Shown here in pieces: positions 35,935 through 45,632 of a DNA stretch of 64,000 nt. Source of the stretch: Kiritimatiellia bacterium. Lineage in GTDB: Bacteria > Verrucomicrobiota > Kiritimatiellia > RFP12 > UBA1067. The number at the start of each line of letters is the position of its first letter. Position 1 is the stretch's first letter. The notes beneath the pieces were generated by a model, which saw only the letters and a program-made list of their open reading frames with translations, made no database searches and was not told the DNA's origin. The stretch is from NCBI GenBank assembly GCA_024405265.1, contig JAKSOZ010000002.1, positions 232 through 64,231 of the forward strand, written 5' to 3'. A program made the position numbers and the translations under genes.

Positions 35935-37335
35935 TTAATCGAATTTATAAGTTTGGCCGGGCATAGGCGCTACAGCGGACTTGATTCCGTAGTCCTTCAA
36001 AATCTGTTCCATAGCCGCGACTTTCTCGGGTTCACCGTGAACCGCAAAAGCATGACGAACGTTGTCCTTGATCTCGCTGATCCAGTCCATGAGGCCCGAG
36101 CGGTCGGCATGAGCGGATAAGGCATTGATGATTTCAACCTGGGCCTTAAGCTCGACTTCTTCGCCCAAGACTCGCAAGGGATTCTTCTTCTCGACGATCG
36201 AACGTCCGAGAGTGTTCTCCGCCTGGAAGCCGACGATAAGGATAATGTTGTCGGGATCTTTAAGGCAGTTTTTGAGGTGATGAAGAACGCGTCCGCCTTC
36301 GCACATTCCCGAAGCGGCGATAATGATCATCGGGCCCGGCATATCGTTCAAGGCCTTCGAGTCTTCGGGAGTCCCGACGAACTGCATTCCCGGGAAGACG
36401 AGCGGATCCTTACCTTCGGCAAGCATCTTCTTCGCTTCCTCATTATAGACCTCGCGATGATTAGCGTAAATCTGAGTCGCCTTCTGGGAAAGCGGCGAGT
36501 CGATGAAGACCTTCACCTCACGCGGCACTTTCTTCTTCTCGGCGAGCTTGTTCAAATAGTAGATGATCTGCTGAGTGCGGCCGACCGAGAAAGCGGGAAT
36601 GAGGAGTTTCGAGTTGTGGCGGTCGATATATTTAAGGTACTTTTCAAGGCGAAGTTCGACGTCATCAGGCGACGGATGGAACTTATCGGCATAAGTCGAC
36701 TCGACGAGAAGAATATCGGCTCCCGAAGGATATTCGTAGTGACGCAAGATCGGCTGATTCGGCTGACCCAAATCTCCGGAAAATAAGAGACGATGATTGT
36801 GTCCGTGATCCGACTTGATATCGAGCTGAACGAGCGCGGAGCCGAGGATATGTCCCGCATTGAAAAACTCGAGCGTCACTCCGCGGCAGATTTCTCTCGG
36901 CTCATGGAGATGAGTCGGAATAAAAAGCTGCATCAAAACATCGACATCCTTTTCGTCATACAAGGGCTCGAAAAGGTGCTTACCTTCTTTTTTGCGCTTC
37001 TTGTTGATGTAATCGAGGTCTCGCTTTTGAAGGAAGCAAGAGTCCCTAAGCATCACGTCGCAAAGATCGGTCGTCGACTGACGCGCGAAGACGCGTCCAC
37101 GAAAACCTTGGCGAACGAGCTGCGGGAGGTTCCCGGAGTGATCGATATGGGCATGGGAGAGAATCACGTAATCGATCGTCTTGGGGTCTATCGGAAGATT
37201 ACGATTCTTCTCGAAAGCTTCCTTTCGATGACCTTGGTACAAGCCGCAATCCAGCAATATTCGCTTGCCGTTCGCTTCGACGAGGTGCATTGAGCCGGTA
37301 GTGGTTTGAGCTGCGCCGTAAAATGTAATCTTCAT
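35935..37335 (-). CDS. MBL-fold beta-CASP RNA-metabolising hydrolase
   Basis: LLDCGLYQG, HxHxDH motif SHAHIDHSG, beta-CASP region, and C-terminal HGEP. 466 aa. Confidence 0.85.
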   Translation of the reverse strand: MKITFYGAAQTTTGSMHLVEANGKRILLDCGLYQGHRKEAFEKNRNLPIDPKTIDYVILSHAHIDHSGNLPQLVRQGFRGRVFARQSTTDLCDVMLRDSCFLQKRDLDYINKKRKKEGKHLFEPLYDEKDVDVLMQLFIPTHLHEPREICRGVTLEFFNAGHILGSALVQLDIKSDHGHNHRLLFSGDLGQPNQPILRHYEYPSGADILLVESTYADKFHPSPDDVELRLEKYLKYIDRHNSKLLIPAFSVGRTQQIIYYLNKLAEKKKVPREVKVFIDSPLSQKATQIYANHREVYNEEAKKMLAEGKDPLVFPGMQFVGTPEDSKALNDMPGPMIIIAASGMCEGGRVLHHLKNCLKDPDNIILIVGFQAENTLGRSIVEKKNPLRVLGEEVELKAQVEIINALSAHADRSGLMDWISEIKDNVRHAFAVHGEPEKVAAMEQILKDYGIKSAVAPMPGQTYKFD

Positions 37336-37356
37336 AGTTCGGTCCTGAATATCCGT

Positions 37357-38469
37357 TTACTTTCCGGTACCTAGGCGCTGACCGGAATAACGGCCCGAGT
37401 GAATCGGACCCCACCACCACTCGTTATCGAGATACCACTGAACGGTTTTCTTGATGCCGGTAGCGAAGTTCTCACGCGGACGCCAACCGAGCTCGTTCAT
37501 AAGCTTATCGGGATCGATCGCATAGCGAAGATCGTGACCGGGGCGGTCGGTAACGTAAGTAATCAAAGACTCGTACTTCGAACCGTCCGCGCGAGGACGA
37601 AGTTCGTCCATAATCGAACAAATGGTCTTCACGACTTCGAGGTTCGTGCGCTCGTTATGACCGCCGACATTGTACGTTTCACCCGGGACACCCTTCTCGT
37701 TGACGAGCAAGAGAGCGCGCGCATGATCTTCGACGTAAAGCCAATCGCGAACGTTCGCACCCTTACCGTAGACGGGAAGCGGCTTACCGTCGAGACAGTT
37801 AAGGATCACGAGCGGAATAAGCTTCTCGGGGAAGTGATAGGGTCCGTAGTTGTTCGAGCAATTCGTGATCTTGACAGGGAGACCGTAAGTATCATGCCAC
37901 GCGCGAACGAGATGATCCGACGAGGCCTTCGACGCGGAATAAGGCGAGTGAGGCGAATAGGGAGTCTTTTCCGTAAAGTATCCGGTCTCGCCCAAAGTGC
38001 CGTAAACTTCGTCGGTCGAAATATGCTGAAATACGAAGTCGGGATGAGCCTTCCACCACTTCAAGGCCGCCTGAAGAAGCGTAGCCGTACCGACCACGTT
38101 CGTACGGATGAACTCGCCCGGGCCGTCGATCGAGCGGTCGACATGGCTTTCCGCTGCAAGATGGAAAATCGTATCGGGCTTGAACTCTTCGAACGCCTTA
38201 TCCATCGCTTCTTGGTCGCAGATATCTGCCTTAAGGAATGAGAACCGAGGCGTAATGGAATGAATCGAAGGTCTTCCATTCTCGGACTCCAACTTTTCAC
38301 TCCAACTATCATCAAGCCCGACTTCCTTAAGACTCTCGGGAACACCGGCATACGTAAGCTTATCGACTACGAGGACCGTCGCCTCGGTTTCTTTCAAAAG
38401 AAGGCGCGCGAGCGCCGAGCCGATAAAGCCCGCAGCTCCCGTCACGATACAACGCTTGGAAAACACCAT
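37357..38469 (-). CDS. rfbB: dTDP-glucose 4,6-dehydratase
   Basis: [38 protein letters not shown]. Confidence 0.93.
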   Translation of the reverse strand: MVFSKRCIVTGAAGFIGSALARLLLKETEATVLVVDKLTYAGVPESLKEVGLDDSWSEKLESENGRPSIHSITPRFSFLKADICDQEAMDKAFEEFKPDTIFHLAAESHVDRSIDGPGEFIRTNVVGTATLLQAALKWWKAHPDFVFQHISTDEVYGTLGETGYFTEKTPYSPHSPYSASKASSDHLVRAWHDTYGLPVKITNCSNNYGPYHFPEKLIPLVILNCLDGKPLPVYGKGANVRDWLYVEDHARALLLVNEKGVPGETYNVGGHNERTNLEVVKTICSIMDELRPRADGSKYESLITYVTDRPGHDLRYAIDPDKLMNELGWRPRENFATGIKKTVQWYLDNEWWWGPIHSGRYSGQRLGTGK

Positions 38470-38516
38470 CTTATCAAAGTCCTTTCCGATTCAGAATTTC
38501 TTCAGTTTTCTCTTAC

Positions 38517-38530
38517 ATTATACCATATTC
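38517..38530 (-). promoter_or_regulatory. extended -10 box GAATATGGTATAAT upstream of rfbB
   Basis: About 41-nt leader with GGAAAGGAC SD before the rfbB ATG at 38469. Confidence 0.6.
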
Positions 38531-39008
38531 CCGATTATTCGCATAGAGTGAAAAGACCGATCGAATCACGAACCCCTCACTACGCTCGAAGGCTATTCCG
38601 AACGCTTACGCGTCAAGTCGTTAAGTCTTCGATATCCGAAGCGTCGATTCAAGGCTAGATGCTTCCGGTGGACGAAGCGGCGAGTAGCTTTACTCGCTGA
38701 ATCGCAAGCGATTCCCGGCAAGGAAAGCAAGGTCGACATCGATTTCGCGCCTTTCATTTTCGCTCCTTGCCTAGCCTCACCCGCTTCGCTTGGCGAAAAA
38801 CCGGCGTCGAAATCGGGTCGCACCCCTGCTAGGGCATCGCTACGCGACTCCCTTCGGTCGGGGAATACGCATGCTTTCCTTGCCGTCGCTGTGTAGGCTA
38901 CTCACCGCTCCGTCCCCCTCCAGCCTGAACCGCCTGACGGCGGGAGGAATCTTTCGTGTACCGCGGCGGTAGCCGCCACGAGTTGCGGGCAAATTCGCCG
39001 ACACAAGG
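38531..39008 (-). other. gene-free GC-rich structured region, unassigned (candidate ncRNA or decayed sequence)
   Basis: No credible ORF. Perfect 14-nt inverted repeat cggcaaggaaagca (38716-38729) / tgctttccttgccg (38872-38885). Several strong local hairpins (e.g. CGTGGCGG-CTA-CCGCCGCG near 38960-38978). No family-defining RNA motifs found by eye. Strand not established. Confidence 0.3.
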
Positions 39009-39038
39009 TAAAGGCAAAAGTAGGGCTCTCGGCCCGAC
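39009..39038 (-). terminator. intrinsic-terminator-like hairpin after the GH2 gene
   Basis: Minus strand GTCGGGC-CGAGA-GCCCTAC (one mismatch) followed by TTTTGCCTTT, beginning 13 nt after the stop at 39051. Confidence 0.5.
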
Positions 39039-39050
39039 TTCCGCCCTCCT

Positions 39051-41579
39051 TCACTTATCATTTACAATACCGTCAGTCGCTCCTACGGTAAAGACGAGGG
39101 TTTTGGCAGGAAGTCCGGAAGATTCAATCAAAACCTTCGCCTTACCCTTCTCGCCGCGATTGCCGCGGACAACGGCAAGAATTCTGCCGTTGAAGAACTT
39201 TTGATGCGAATCCTGAAGGCAGGTCCAATCGGTCGGATCACCATTCGCGAAACCGATGAGTTTCGCGGGTCCCTTGACCGAAAATTTGACTTCACGCGAA
39301 TCGGTCGGGACGACCGAACCGAGCTTATCGACGAGCGAAAGTTCGATAAAAGCGATATCATGACCATCATTGCCGAGATCATGCTTATCGACCGAAGCGG
39401 AAACGGCGACGGACTCTCCGGTAGTAACGCGCTTCGCGCTCGCCCAAGGCTTGCCGTTTTTCTTGACCTTGACCTCGACAGTACCGGGCTCATACTTTAC
39501 GTTCTCGAAAACGAAACGATAGTCATTACGTCCGCAAGGATAACCCTTCTGAAGAGTTTTGAAGACGCCGAATCTCTTATCTCCCTTATGAATCGTACCA
39601 TAGCTCTTTCCGTTCACGAAAAGCTCGGCTTCATCGCCGTTCGAGTAGCAAACGACAGGCGTCACTTCACCTTCGCGCCCAGGCCAATTCCAGTGGGGTA
39701 AGAGGTGAGCCATCGGCTTATCTTGATCACCCCAGTAGCTCTGATATAAATAATAGTTATCCTTCGGGAAACCGGCGAGGTCGAGGAGACCGAAGTAAGA
39801 GCTGCGGCTCGGCGCTTTACCGGCCGTCGCCTTAAGCTGATCCATCATACGCTTTTTGTCGGCTTCGGAAAGATCGCCGAAGTTGTTGATATTCGAAGCG
39901 TCGAGGTTGTACGGGGTCGGTTCACCCAAGTAGTCGAAGCCGGTCCAGACATATTCGCCCGCGACAAACGGATTCTCTTTATGCTTAAGCCATTCAAAAT
40001 CGGCGACATACCCCCAAGGAACCGCACACTGACCGTAGCTCGAAACTTGGAAGTTCTTGTTACCCTTATACTGATGCCAATCGTAGGGAAAGAAGTAGGT
40101 GTCACGAGTCGAAATCGCCGAGCATGTCTCGGAGCCGTACATCGGTTGGTTCGGATACTTCTTATGGAAATCGGCGTAAAGATGAGGCTTGTAGTTAAAG
40201 CCGAAGACGTCTTGAGTCTCGGAAAAGCCGTTATTCATGCCGACGGGGTTGTTGGTGCCGACGGTATAGGGGCGAGTGGTATCGTATTTCTTGAATTCTC
40301 GGCGTAGGCCTTCGGAAATTTCATTACCGCCCTTCGCATAGTTCTCAGGGACTTCATTGCCGCCCGACCACGCGATAATCGAGGGGTGATTCCTATCGCG
40401 CATCACGAAATTCTTCACATCCTTCTGCCACCACTCGTTCCAGAAGCGATGATAGCCGTTAACCTTGTCGACCTTTTGATATTTCCAAATATCGAAGAGC
40501 TCATCGATAACGAGAACGCCGTATTTATCACAAAGGTCAAGAACTTCCGGCGCCGGCGGGTTGTGAGTCATACGAATCGAATTGCAACCCATTTCCTTAA
40601 GTTTCTTGATCTTGCGTTCGTAACCTTGAGCGTAAAACGCCGCGCCCAGCGCTCCGAGATCATGATGCTCGCAAACGCCTTTAAGCTGAACGCGCTTATC
40701 GTTAAGATAAAAGCCGTCCGGCTTCCATTCGATTTTACGAATACCGAAGCGCGTCACTTTCTTATCGAGAACCTGATCACGCGAGTTAATGAGCGCGCTT
40801 TTAAGGTCATAGAGCTTAGGGGAATCGACCGACCAGAGCTTCGGCTTCGAGACTTTGAACTTCTGAACGACGGTAACCGAGGATTTGGGAGCGATGGTGA
40901 CAAGCTCGCGTTTGATCTCGCCGGCAACACCCGTCGCAAGCGCACGAATCGCTTCTTCATTACCATCGTTATCGATAGTCGTCTCGACTTCAACAACCGC
41001 TGAATTCTCGCTCACTTCACTCGTCGTCACGTAAACGCCATTGTATGCGAGATGAACTATCGGCGCTTTTTCAAGCCATACATGACGATAGATTCCGGCA
41101 CCCGGATACCAACGCGTAGAGCGAGGACGATTCGACGCGCAAACGGAAATTCTGTTTTTGCCGCTCTTAAGGAACTCGGTGATGTCGACTCGAAACGAAT
41201 TATAGCCATAAGCCCAGCGACCGGCAAGCTCATCGTTGACGTAAACGTGAGCATCGGACATGACGCCGTCAAAATCAAGAAACCAACGCGCACGCTTGAA
41301 GGAAGCGGGAACTTCAAGCGTCTTCACGTACCAACCGTTACCCGCCCAAGGCAACTTACCGGTTTCGTTCGGCTCATGAGCAAGGAAAGGCGATTCTATA
41401 GCCCAATCGTGCGGGAGCTGAACATCTCTGAAATCCTTAAAATCGCTCGGGAGGCCGGGATCGTTCGCGCCGAAATACTTGAACTTCCAATCGAAATCGA
41501 AAGACTCGCGTTGGGAAGCGAAAAGCGGAGCAAAAGCGAACGCGGCAAGAGCTAAAGAAACAAGCTTATTCATTATCAT
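39051..41579 (-). CDS. secreted GH2 beta-galactosidase-like glycoside hydrolase
   Basis: Start trimmed to ATG 41579 (MIMNKLVSLALAAFAFAPLFA signal peptide; 41573 also possible). GH2 motifs DFDGVMSDAHVYVND, IRMTHNPPA and NHPSIIAWSGGNE (acid/base Glu). Confidence 0.87.
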   Translation of the reverse strand: MIMNKLVSLALAAFAFAPLFASQRESFDFDWKFKYFGANDPGLPSDFKDFRDVQLPHDWAIESPFLAHEPNETGKLPWAGNGWYVKTLEVPASFKRARWFLDFDGVMSDAHVYVNDELAGRWAYGYNSFRVDITEFLKSGKNRISVCASNRPRSTRWYPGAGIYRHVWLEKAPIVHLAYNGVYVTTSEVSENSAVVEVETTIDNDGNEEAIRALATGVAGEIKRELVTIAPKSSVTVVQKFKVSKPKLWSVDSPKLYDLKSALINSRDQVLDKKVTRFGIRKIEWKPDGFYLNDKRVQLKGVCEHHDLGALGAAFYAQGYERKIKKLKEMGCNSIRMTHNPPAPEVLDLCDKYGVLVIDELFDIWKYQKVDKVNGYHRFWNEWWQKDVKNFVMRDRNHPSIIAWSGGNEVPENYAKGGNEISEGLRREFKKYDTTRPYTVGTNNPVGMNNGFSETQDVFGFNYKPHLYADFHKKYPNQPMYGSETCSAISTRDTYFFPYDWHQYKGNKNFQVSSYGQCAVPWGYVADFEWLKHKENPFVAGEYVWTGFDYLGEPTPYNLDASNINNFGDLSEADKKRMMDQLKATAGKAPSRSSYFGLLDLAGFPKDNYYLYQSYWGDQDKPMAHLLPHWNWPGREGEVTPVVCYSNGDEAELFVNGKSYGTIHKGDKRFGVFKTLQKGYPCGRNDYRFVFENVKYEPGTVEVKVKKNGKPWASAKRVTTGESVAVSASVDKHDLGNDGHDIAFIELSLVDKLGSVVPTDSREVKFSVKGPAKLIGFANGDPTDWTCLQDSHQKFFNGRILAVVRGNRGEKGKAKVLIESSGLPAKTLVFTVGATDGIVNDK

Positions 41580-42285
41580 TTTCTTTCTCGGTAAAGCCGA
41601 TTGTCGGCACGACCGACAACAGCTTCTTGGTGTAATCGCTCTCGGGCTTGGAAAAAACGTCTTCGCTTTTACCGGCATCGACGAATTTCCCCTTTTCCAT
41701 CACGCAGACATAATCGGAAACGTTTTTAACGACCGCGAGATCATGAGCGATAAGCAAGATGGACAGATTCAGGCGCTTGCGCAAATCGCGCAAGAGATTC
41801 AGAATTCGAGCCTGAACGGAAACGTCAAGCGCGGAGACCGGTTCGTCGGCAATCAAGAGTTTCGGCGAAGAAGCAAGCGCTCGCGCGATCGAAACGCGCT
41901 GACACTGTCCCCCGGACATCTCGCGCGGGTATTGGTCGAGAACGGCGGGAGAAAGTCCTACCAATTCCACGAGTTCATTCGGCGTTTTGTTCTTGATCTT
42001 TTTGACCTTCAAGACCTCGGCCAAAGTATCGCGAACGGTCATGCGCGGATTGAGCGAACCGACCGCGTCTTGAAAGATCATCTGCATCGAAGCGCGATCG
42101 CCTCGGATTTCCCCCTGCGAGGGCGACTCCAGACCGATCAGCGCCTTCGCGATCGTCGACTTACCCGAGCCCGATTCACCGACGATCGAAAGAATACTTC
42201 CGACCGGAATCGCGAACGAGACGCCCTTGACCGCTTCGAAGCGACCGTACTTTACATGCAAGCCTCTGACTTCTAGAATATTCAT
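41566..42285 (-). CDS. ABC transporter ATP-binding protein, OppF/DppF type (no permease partner in window)
   Basis: Walker A GESGSGKST, signature MSGGQCQR, Walker B LLIADEP, and an oligopeptide-type C-terminal tail PESDYTKKLL. Confidence 0.85.
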   Translation of the reverse strand: MNILEVRGLHVKYGRFEAVKGVSFAIPVGSILSIVGESGSGKSTIAKALIGLESPSQGEIRGDRASMQMIFQDAVGSLNPRMTVRDTLAEVLKVKKIKNKTPNELVELVGLSPAVLDQYPREMSGGQCQRVSIARALASSPKLLIADEPVSALDVSVQARILNLLRDLRKRLNLSILLIAHDLAVVKNVSDYVCVMEKGKFVDAGKSEDVFSKPESDYTKKLLSVVPTIGFTEKENDNE

Positions 42286-43637
42286 CCGATAAGTGCTTTT
42301 TTAGCCTTGTCGAAGGCATTGCGACGAAGTTCGACGCTCTTCAAAAGCGCCGCGATATCCGCCGCATAACGAGTAAAGTCGAGCCCGCCCGTGGTACCTA
42401 AATGAGTCTTCGCCAAGACCGCCATGTCGGGATTTTCATCACCGAGGCGCTCGAGATGATCGCGAACTTCATGATACGCGTCGCGCCAGGGAGTACCCTC
42501 GGCCACTTTCCTAAGCGCAACGTCGGTCGCGAAGACTCCCGGCGAAAAGCCGGCGCGAAGCTTCGCCTCATCGGCAGTCATTCCACGAACGACCTTCGTG
42601 ACGATTCTCACCGTCGTACGCGTAGTTTCGAGCGCTTTCATATAGAGAAGCTTCACGTCCTGAAGATCACGATTATACCCTCCCGGCATCGCATGCAAAA
42701 GCGTCATCGCCGCCGTAGAGTGACCGATTACCTGAGCGGTTTTGCCGCGCACGAGCTCAAGCACGTCGGGGTTGAATTTCTGGGGCATGATCGAAGAGCC
42801 GGTACAATATTCGCGCGGCAATTTGAAGTAGCCGAACTCCGGCATCGAAAAGAGAATCATGTCCTCGGCGAGACGCGAAATGACCGACATAAGTTGAGCT
42901 GCCGCCGAACAAATCGCCGCTTCATCTTCACCGCGCGCCATCGAGGCGCCGAAGACGTTGTAAATCGGGCGCGAGAAGCCCAAGAGATCGCTCGTCCTCC
43001 ACCGATCAAGCGGAAGCGGGACGCCATAGCCCGCGGCGCTGCCCAAGGGACATTTGTCGTTAAGCTGGTACGCGGCTTCGAAATTAGCGACTTGATCGAG
43101 GATCATTTCGGCGTGGCCCGTTGCCCAAACTCCGACAGAGGAAGGCATCGCGGGCTGAAGGTGAGTCCTGCCGACCATCGGAACGAGATTGTACTTCTTA
43201 CCGAAATCGACAAGCGAAGAAGCGAGTTCGGCGATTTCCTTTTCGAGCGCGAGAATCTGATCTTTGATATGAAGTCTGACGTCGACCGCCACTTGATCGT
43301 TACGGGAACGCCCGGTATGAATCTTCTTGCCTAAATCGCCCAACTTCTCGGTAAGCATGCGCTCGACGGCCATGTGAACGTCCTGATCGTCGACGAGGAT
43401 CTTGAACTCGCCCTTCACCGCTTTCGCCGCGATAAGCGAAAGCTCCTTAATGACGCTTTTCGCATCCTTCTTCGTGACGATAGGCTTTTTGAGCTTCATC
43501 TCGGAGAGCATGGTCACATGGGCCGCCGTTCCCATGCAGTCCCAAACCGCGAGCTCCAAATCGAGAATCGGATCTTCTCCGACCGTGTAAGTCAGAATAT
43601 CAGGATCGACGGTATTATCGGTTATCGTCTTTTTCAT
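42282..43637 (-). CDS. argH: argininosuccinate lyase
   Basis: Start trimmed to ATG 43637 (MKKTITD) with GGAAAGGGA SD. Fumarate-lyase signature GSSIMPQKFNPDVLE. Confidence 0.9.
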   Translation of the reverse strand: MKKTITDNTVDPDILTYTVGEDPILDLELAVWDCMGTAAHVTMLSEMKLKKPIVTKKDAKSVIKELSLIAAKAVKGEFKILVDDQDVHMAVERMLTEKLGDLGKKIHTGRSRNDQVAVDVRLHIKDQILALEKEIAELASSLVDFGKKYNLVPMVGRTHLQPAMPSSVGVWATGHAEMILDQVANFEAAYQLNDKCPLGSAAGYGVPLPLDRWRTSDLLGFSRPIYNVFGASMARGEDEAAICSAAAQLMSVISRLAEDMILFSMPEFGYFKLPREYCTGSSIMPQKFNPDVLELVRGKTAQVIGHSTAAMTLLHAMPGGYNRDLQDVKLLYMKALETTRTTVRIVTKVVRGMTADEAKLRAGFSPGVFATDVALRKVAEGTPWRDAYHEVRDHLERLGDENPDMAVLAKTHLGTTGGLDFTRYAADIAALLKSVELRRNAFDKAKKALIG

Positions 43638-43638
43638 A

Positions 43639-44553
43639 TCATTCCCTTTCCTGCGAGAACGCTTTTCTCGCTTCTTCCGCCGCTTCATGAAGCGCGATTT
43701 CCGCTCGACCGAGTAAGCGAATAAGTCCATTGCGTTTAAGTTTGCCGGCGGCCAGTTCTCTTAAGAAAAGCGAGTAAGCTTCGGCAGCTTCACTTAACTT
43801 ATCGCCCTTCCCGCCTCCGTAAACCATAACCACGTACGATTTCTCAAGCGCGGCGAAACGAACCGCCGGATCGATCTTCGCGAGATCGATCGCTTCCTTG
43901 AAAGAAACGTTGTGATAACGACCCGCGAACGGAGCCGAGTAATAAAGCGGATATAAGTAAAGATGAGAGGCGAAAGTCTTGACATCACGAGGAGAGGCTC
44001 GCCCCGGCTCCAAGATTCGACGCATTAAATTAAGTCCCTCCTCGGTTTCGAGCTTCTCCTCGCCCTTCATCCACTTCTCAATCGATTCGCGATCATCAAC
44101 GACGCGAAGATAAGGATCGGCGCGACGATAGAGCTTCACCGCTCCGCCGTCGTCGAGCACCTCGCCGCGTACGGAGAGCGCGAAGGCTTTCGTAAGTTCG
44201 ACCTTGAGCTTATTGATGTCGGTAAAACCGGGCGCAGGCAAGTAAAGTTTCGTAACCGAGCCGTCCACCTTGGTCACGACCTCGGTATTATTCGTCCTTC
44301 CGTCTCCGATGTAGATGACGATGCCGGGCGTTTCAAAGCGCTTGCGAGGTTCCGCGAGGCCATTATAAAGATGATCCATCGTGTCGGAGGCGAAACGCAA
44401 GATCGGCGTTTGAAACTCGCGGCGCATATCCGGCGGACAATCGCTTAAGATTTTAACGAGGCCATCTACCTGCGTGACCGGACGAACGCTCAAGCGATCG
44501 ATCAATTCCGCGCGAGAAAGCGCAAATAGCAAGATGGAGGCTAGAATCGTCAT
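43639..44553 (-). CDS. hypothetical exported protein
   Basis: ORF trimmed to ATG 44553 (MTILASILLFALS), overlapping the mraY stop (TGATG). No recognisable motifs. 304 aa. Confidence 0.5.
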   Translation of the reverse strand: MTILASILLFALSRAELIDRLSVRPVTQVDGLVKILSDCPPDMRREFQTPILRFASDTMDHLYNGLAEPRKRFETPGIVIYIGDGRTNNTEVVTKVDGSVTKLYLPAPGFTDINKLKVELTKAFALSVRGEVLDDGGAVKLYRRADPYLRVVDDRESIEKWMKGEEKLETEEGLNLMRRILEPGRASPRDVKTFASHLYLYPLYYSAPFAGRYHNVSFKEAIDLAKIDPAVRFAALEKSYVVMVYGGGKGDKLSEAAEAYSLFLRELAAGKLKRNGLIRLLGRAEIALHEAAEEARKAFSQERE

Positions 44554-45632
44554 CAACGAACCTTCACGAGAATCAAAAGGAGAATCGGCATGATGACGAT
44601 CTGCAACAAGACGAACCGCATTAAGACTTGAGCATTGGACCAACCGAGATTCTTCTTGCAATGATCATGAAGCGGGAATCGGACTTTTCGAATCGCCGAG
44701 TCTTCTCCGATATCCATCCTAAGCTTCTTGGCGGTTCTGAGGAGAACGAGCTTCGCAAGACCGCCGCCACCGTTAACAAGCACGATCGGGGACATCGCGA
44801 AAATAAGGAACGGGTTCCCGGTAATGAGAACCGCCGCGCCTACGAGAATACCGAGGAAGCGGCTACCGGCGTCGCCCATCAGAATCTTCGAAGGCTCCGC
44901 GTTGAACCAGAGATAGCCGCCGAAGCCTCCCGCAACCGTCATCAAAAGAATCGCCCACCTCGCGCCGTCAGGATTGGCCGGAATCAAGAAGTAATTCGCG
45001 ACCGGTTGATAGCCGAAGACCACGTAAAGCATTACCGCGAGCATGATAAGCGTGATTTCCGTAAGGCTTCCGGCGAGTCCGTCGACTCCATCCGAACAAT
45101 TCGTCGCGTTCATCGTGAACCACAAAAGGAAAGCGGCCGAAGGAACGTAAAGCCAGAAAGGAACTTCCCAAACCGCCTTCACGAACGGGAACCAAATCGA
45201 AGTTCCGTGATCGATCGCAATCGCAAAAGCGATAAAGAGCGCACACGCGGCATCGAGGAGCCCTTTTTTAAGTTCTCCCCAAGGAATTTCGGCCTTGTCG
45301 TCCAAATAGCCGAAGAGCATCGCCGCGTACATTCCAAGAAGCGCGAGCATATCACCGACCGAAAGCGGAACGAAAACGATCAAAACAGGTAGCGTCAAAA
45401 GCGTTACGAAAAAGCCCGCGCCCGTAGGCTTACCCGCCGACTGCATACCCCCCAGATCCTTGCAGATGACTTTGCCACGATCGCGCGGCAGCTTATCCCA
45501 GAGTTTCGGCAAGAAAACCGCGATTAACATCGCCGCGAAGAAGGTTCCGCCTCCTAAGAGCAAAACGTGAGAGCTAAGGAGACGAAACGGCCCCCAATAC
45601 TGCTGTAAAAACGAAGAAAGATGATAAAGCAT
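44553..45632 (-). CDS. mraY: phospho-N-acetylmuramoyl-pentapeptide transferase
   Basis: NATNCSDGVDGLAGS (NxxNxxDGxDGL), GKPTGAG (cf. GTPTMGG), and C-terminal PLHDH...GWSNAQVLMRF...KVR resembling PIHHHFE..GW...V.RFW. Confidence 0.8.
   Translation of the reverse strand: MLYHLSSFLQQYWGPFRLLSSHVLLLGGGTFFAAMLIAVFLPKLWDKLPRDRGKVICKDLGGMQSAGKPTGAGFFVTLLTLPVLIVFVPLSVGDMLALLGMYAAMLFGYLDDKAEIPWGELKKGLLDAACALFIAFAIAIDHGTSIWFPFVKAVWEVPFWLYVPSAAFLLWFTMNATNCSDGVDGLAGSLTEITLIMLAVMLYVVFGYQPVANYFLIPANPDGARWAILLMTVAGGFGGYLWFNAEPSKILMGDAGSRFLGILVGAAVLITGNPFLIFAMSPIVLVNGGGGLAKLVLLRTAKKLRMDIGEDSAIRKVRFPLHDHCKKNLGWSNAQVLMRFVLLQIVIMPILLLILVKVR

Noticed and set aside
35935-37335. MBL/beta-CASP nuclease as part of a defence or toxin system.
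   Set aside because: It is a single housekeeping-type RNA-metabolising beta-CASP enzyme flanked by rfbB and the lpxC-like gene. No partner ATPase, methylase, immunity gene or other defence hallmark is present.
38530-38826. Possible tmRNA (ssrA): the minus strand reads GGGGTGCGACCCGATTTCGACGCCGG from 38826, resembling the conserved tmRNA 5' end (GGGG-N7-9-GATTCGAC-GGG).
   Set aside because: No tRNA-like T-arm (GGTTCGAnTCC) and no acceptor 3' strand plus ACCA complementary to GGGGTGC could be found downstream, or upstream as a permuted gene would require. No plausible tag ORF ending in hydrophobic residues is present. The GGGG segment is better explained as part of a local hairpin (GTCGC...GCGAC). 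A covariance-model search is needed to be certain.
38990-39050. RNase P RNA CR-I-like string GGAGGGCGGAAGTCGGGCC on the minus strand.
   Set aside because: It differs from the near-invariant GAGGAAAGTCCGGGC. No ACAGAACCCGGCTTA (P4 3' strand) or GGGTGAAA elements occur in the region. The GGGCC...GCCC part followed by a T-run is adequately explained as the terminator of the GH2 gene.
41566-42285. Orphan OppF/DppF-type ABC ATPase between argH and the GH2 gene as a novel system component.
   Set aside because: It has all canonical NBD motifs and an oligopeptide-type C-terminal tail. Orphan placement is most simply explained by its partners being encoded elsewhere, and nothing in the sequence indicates a new function.
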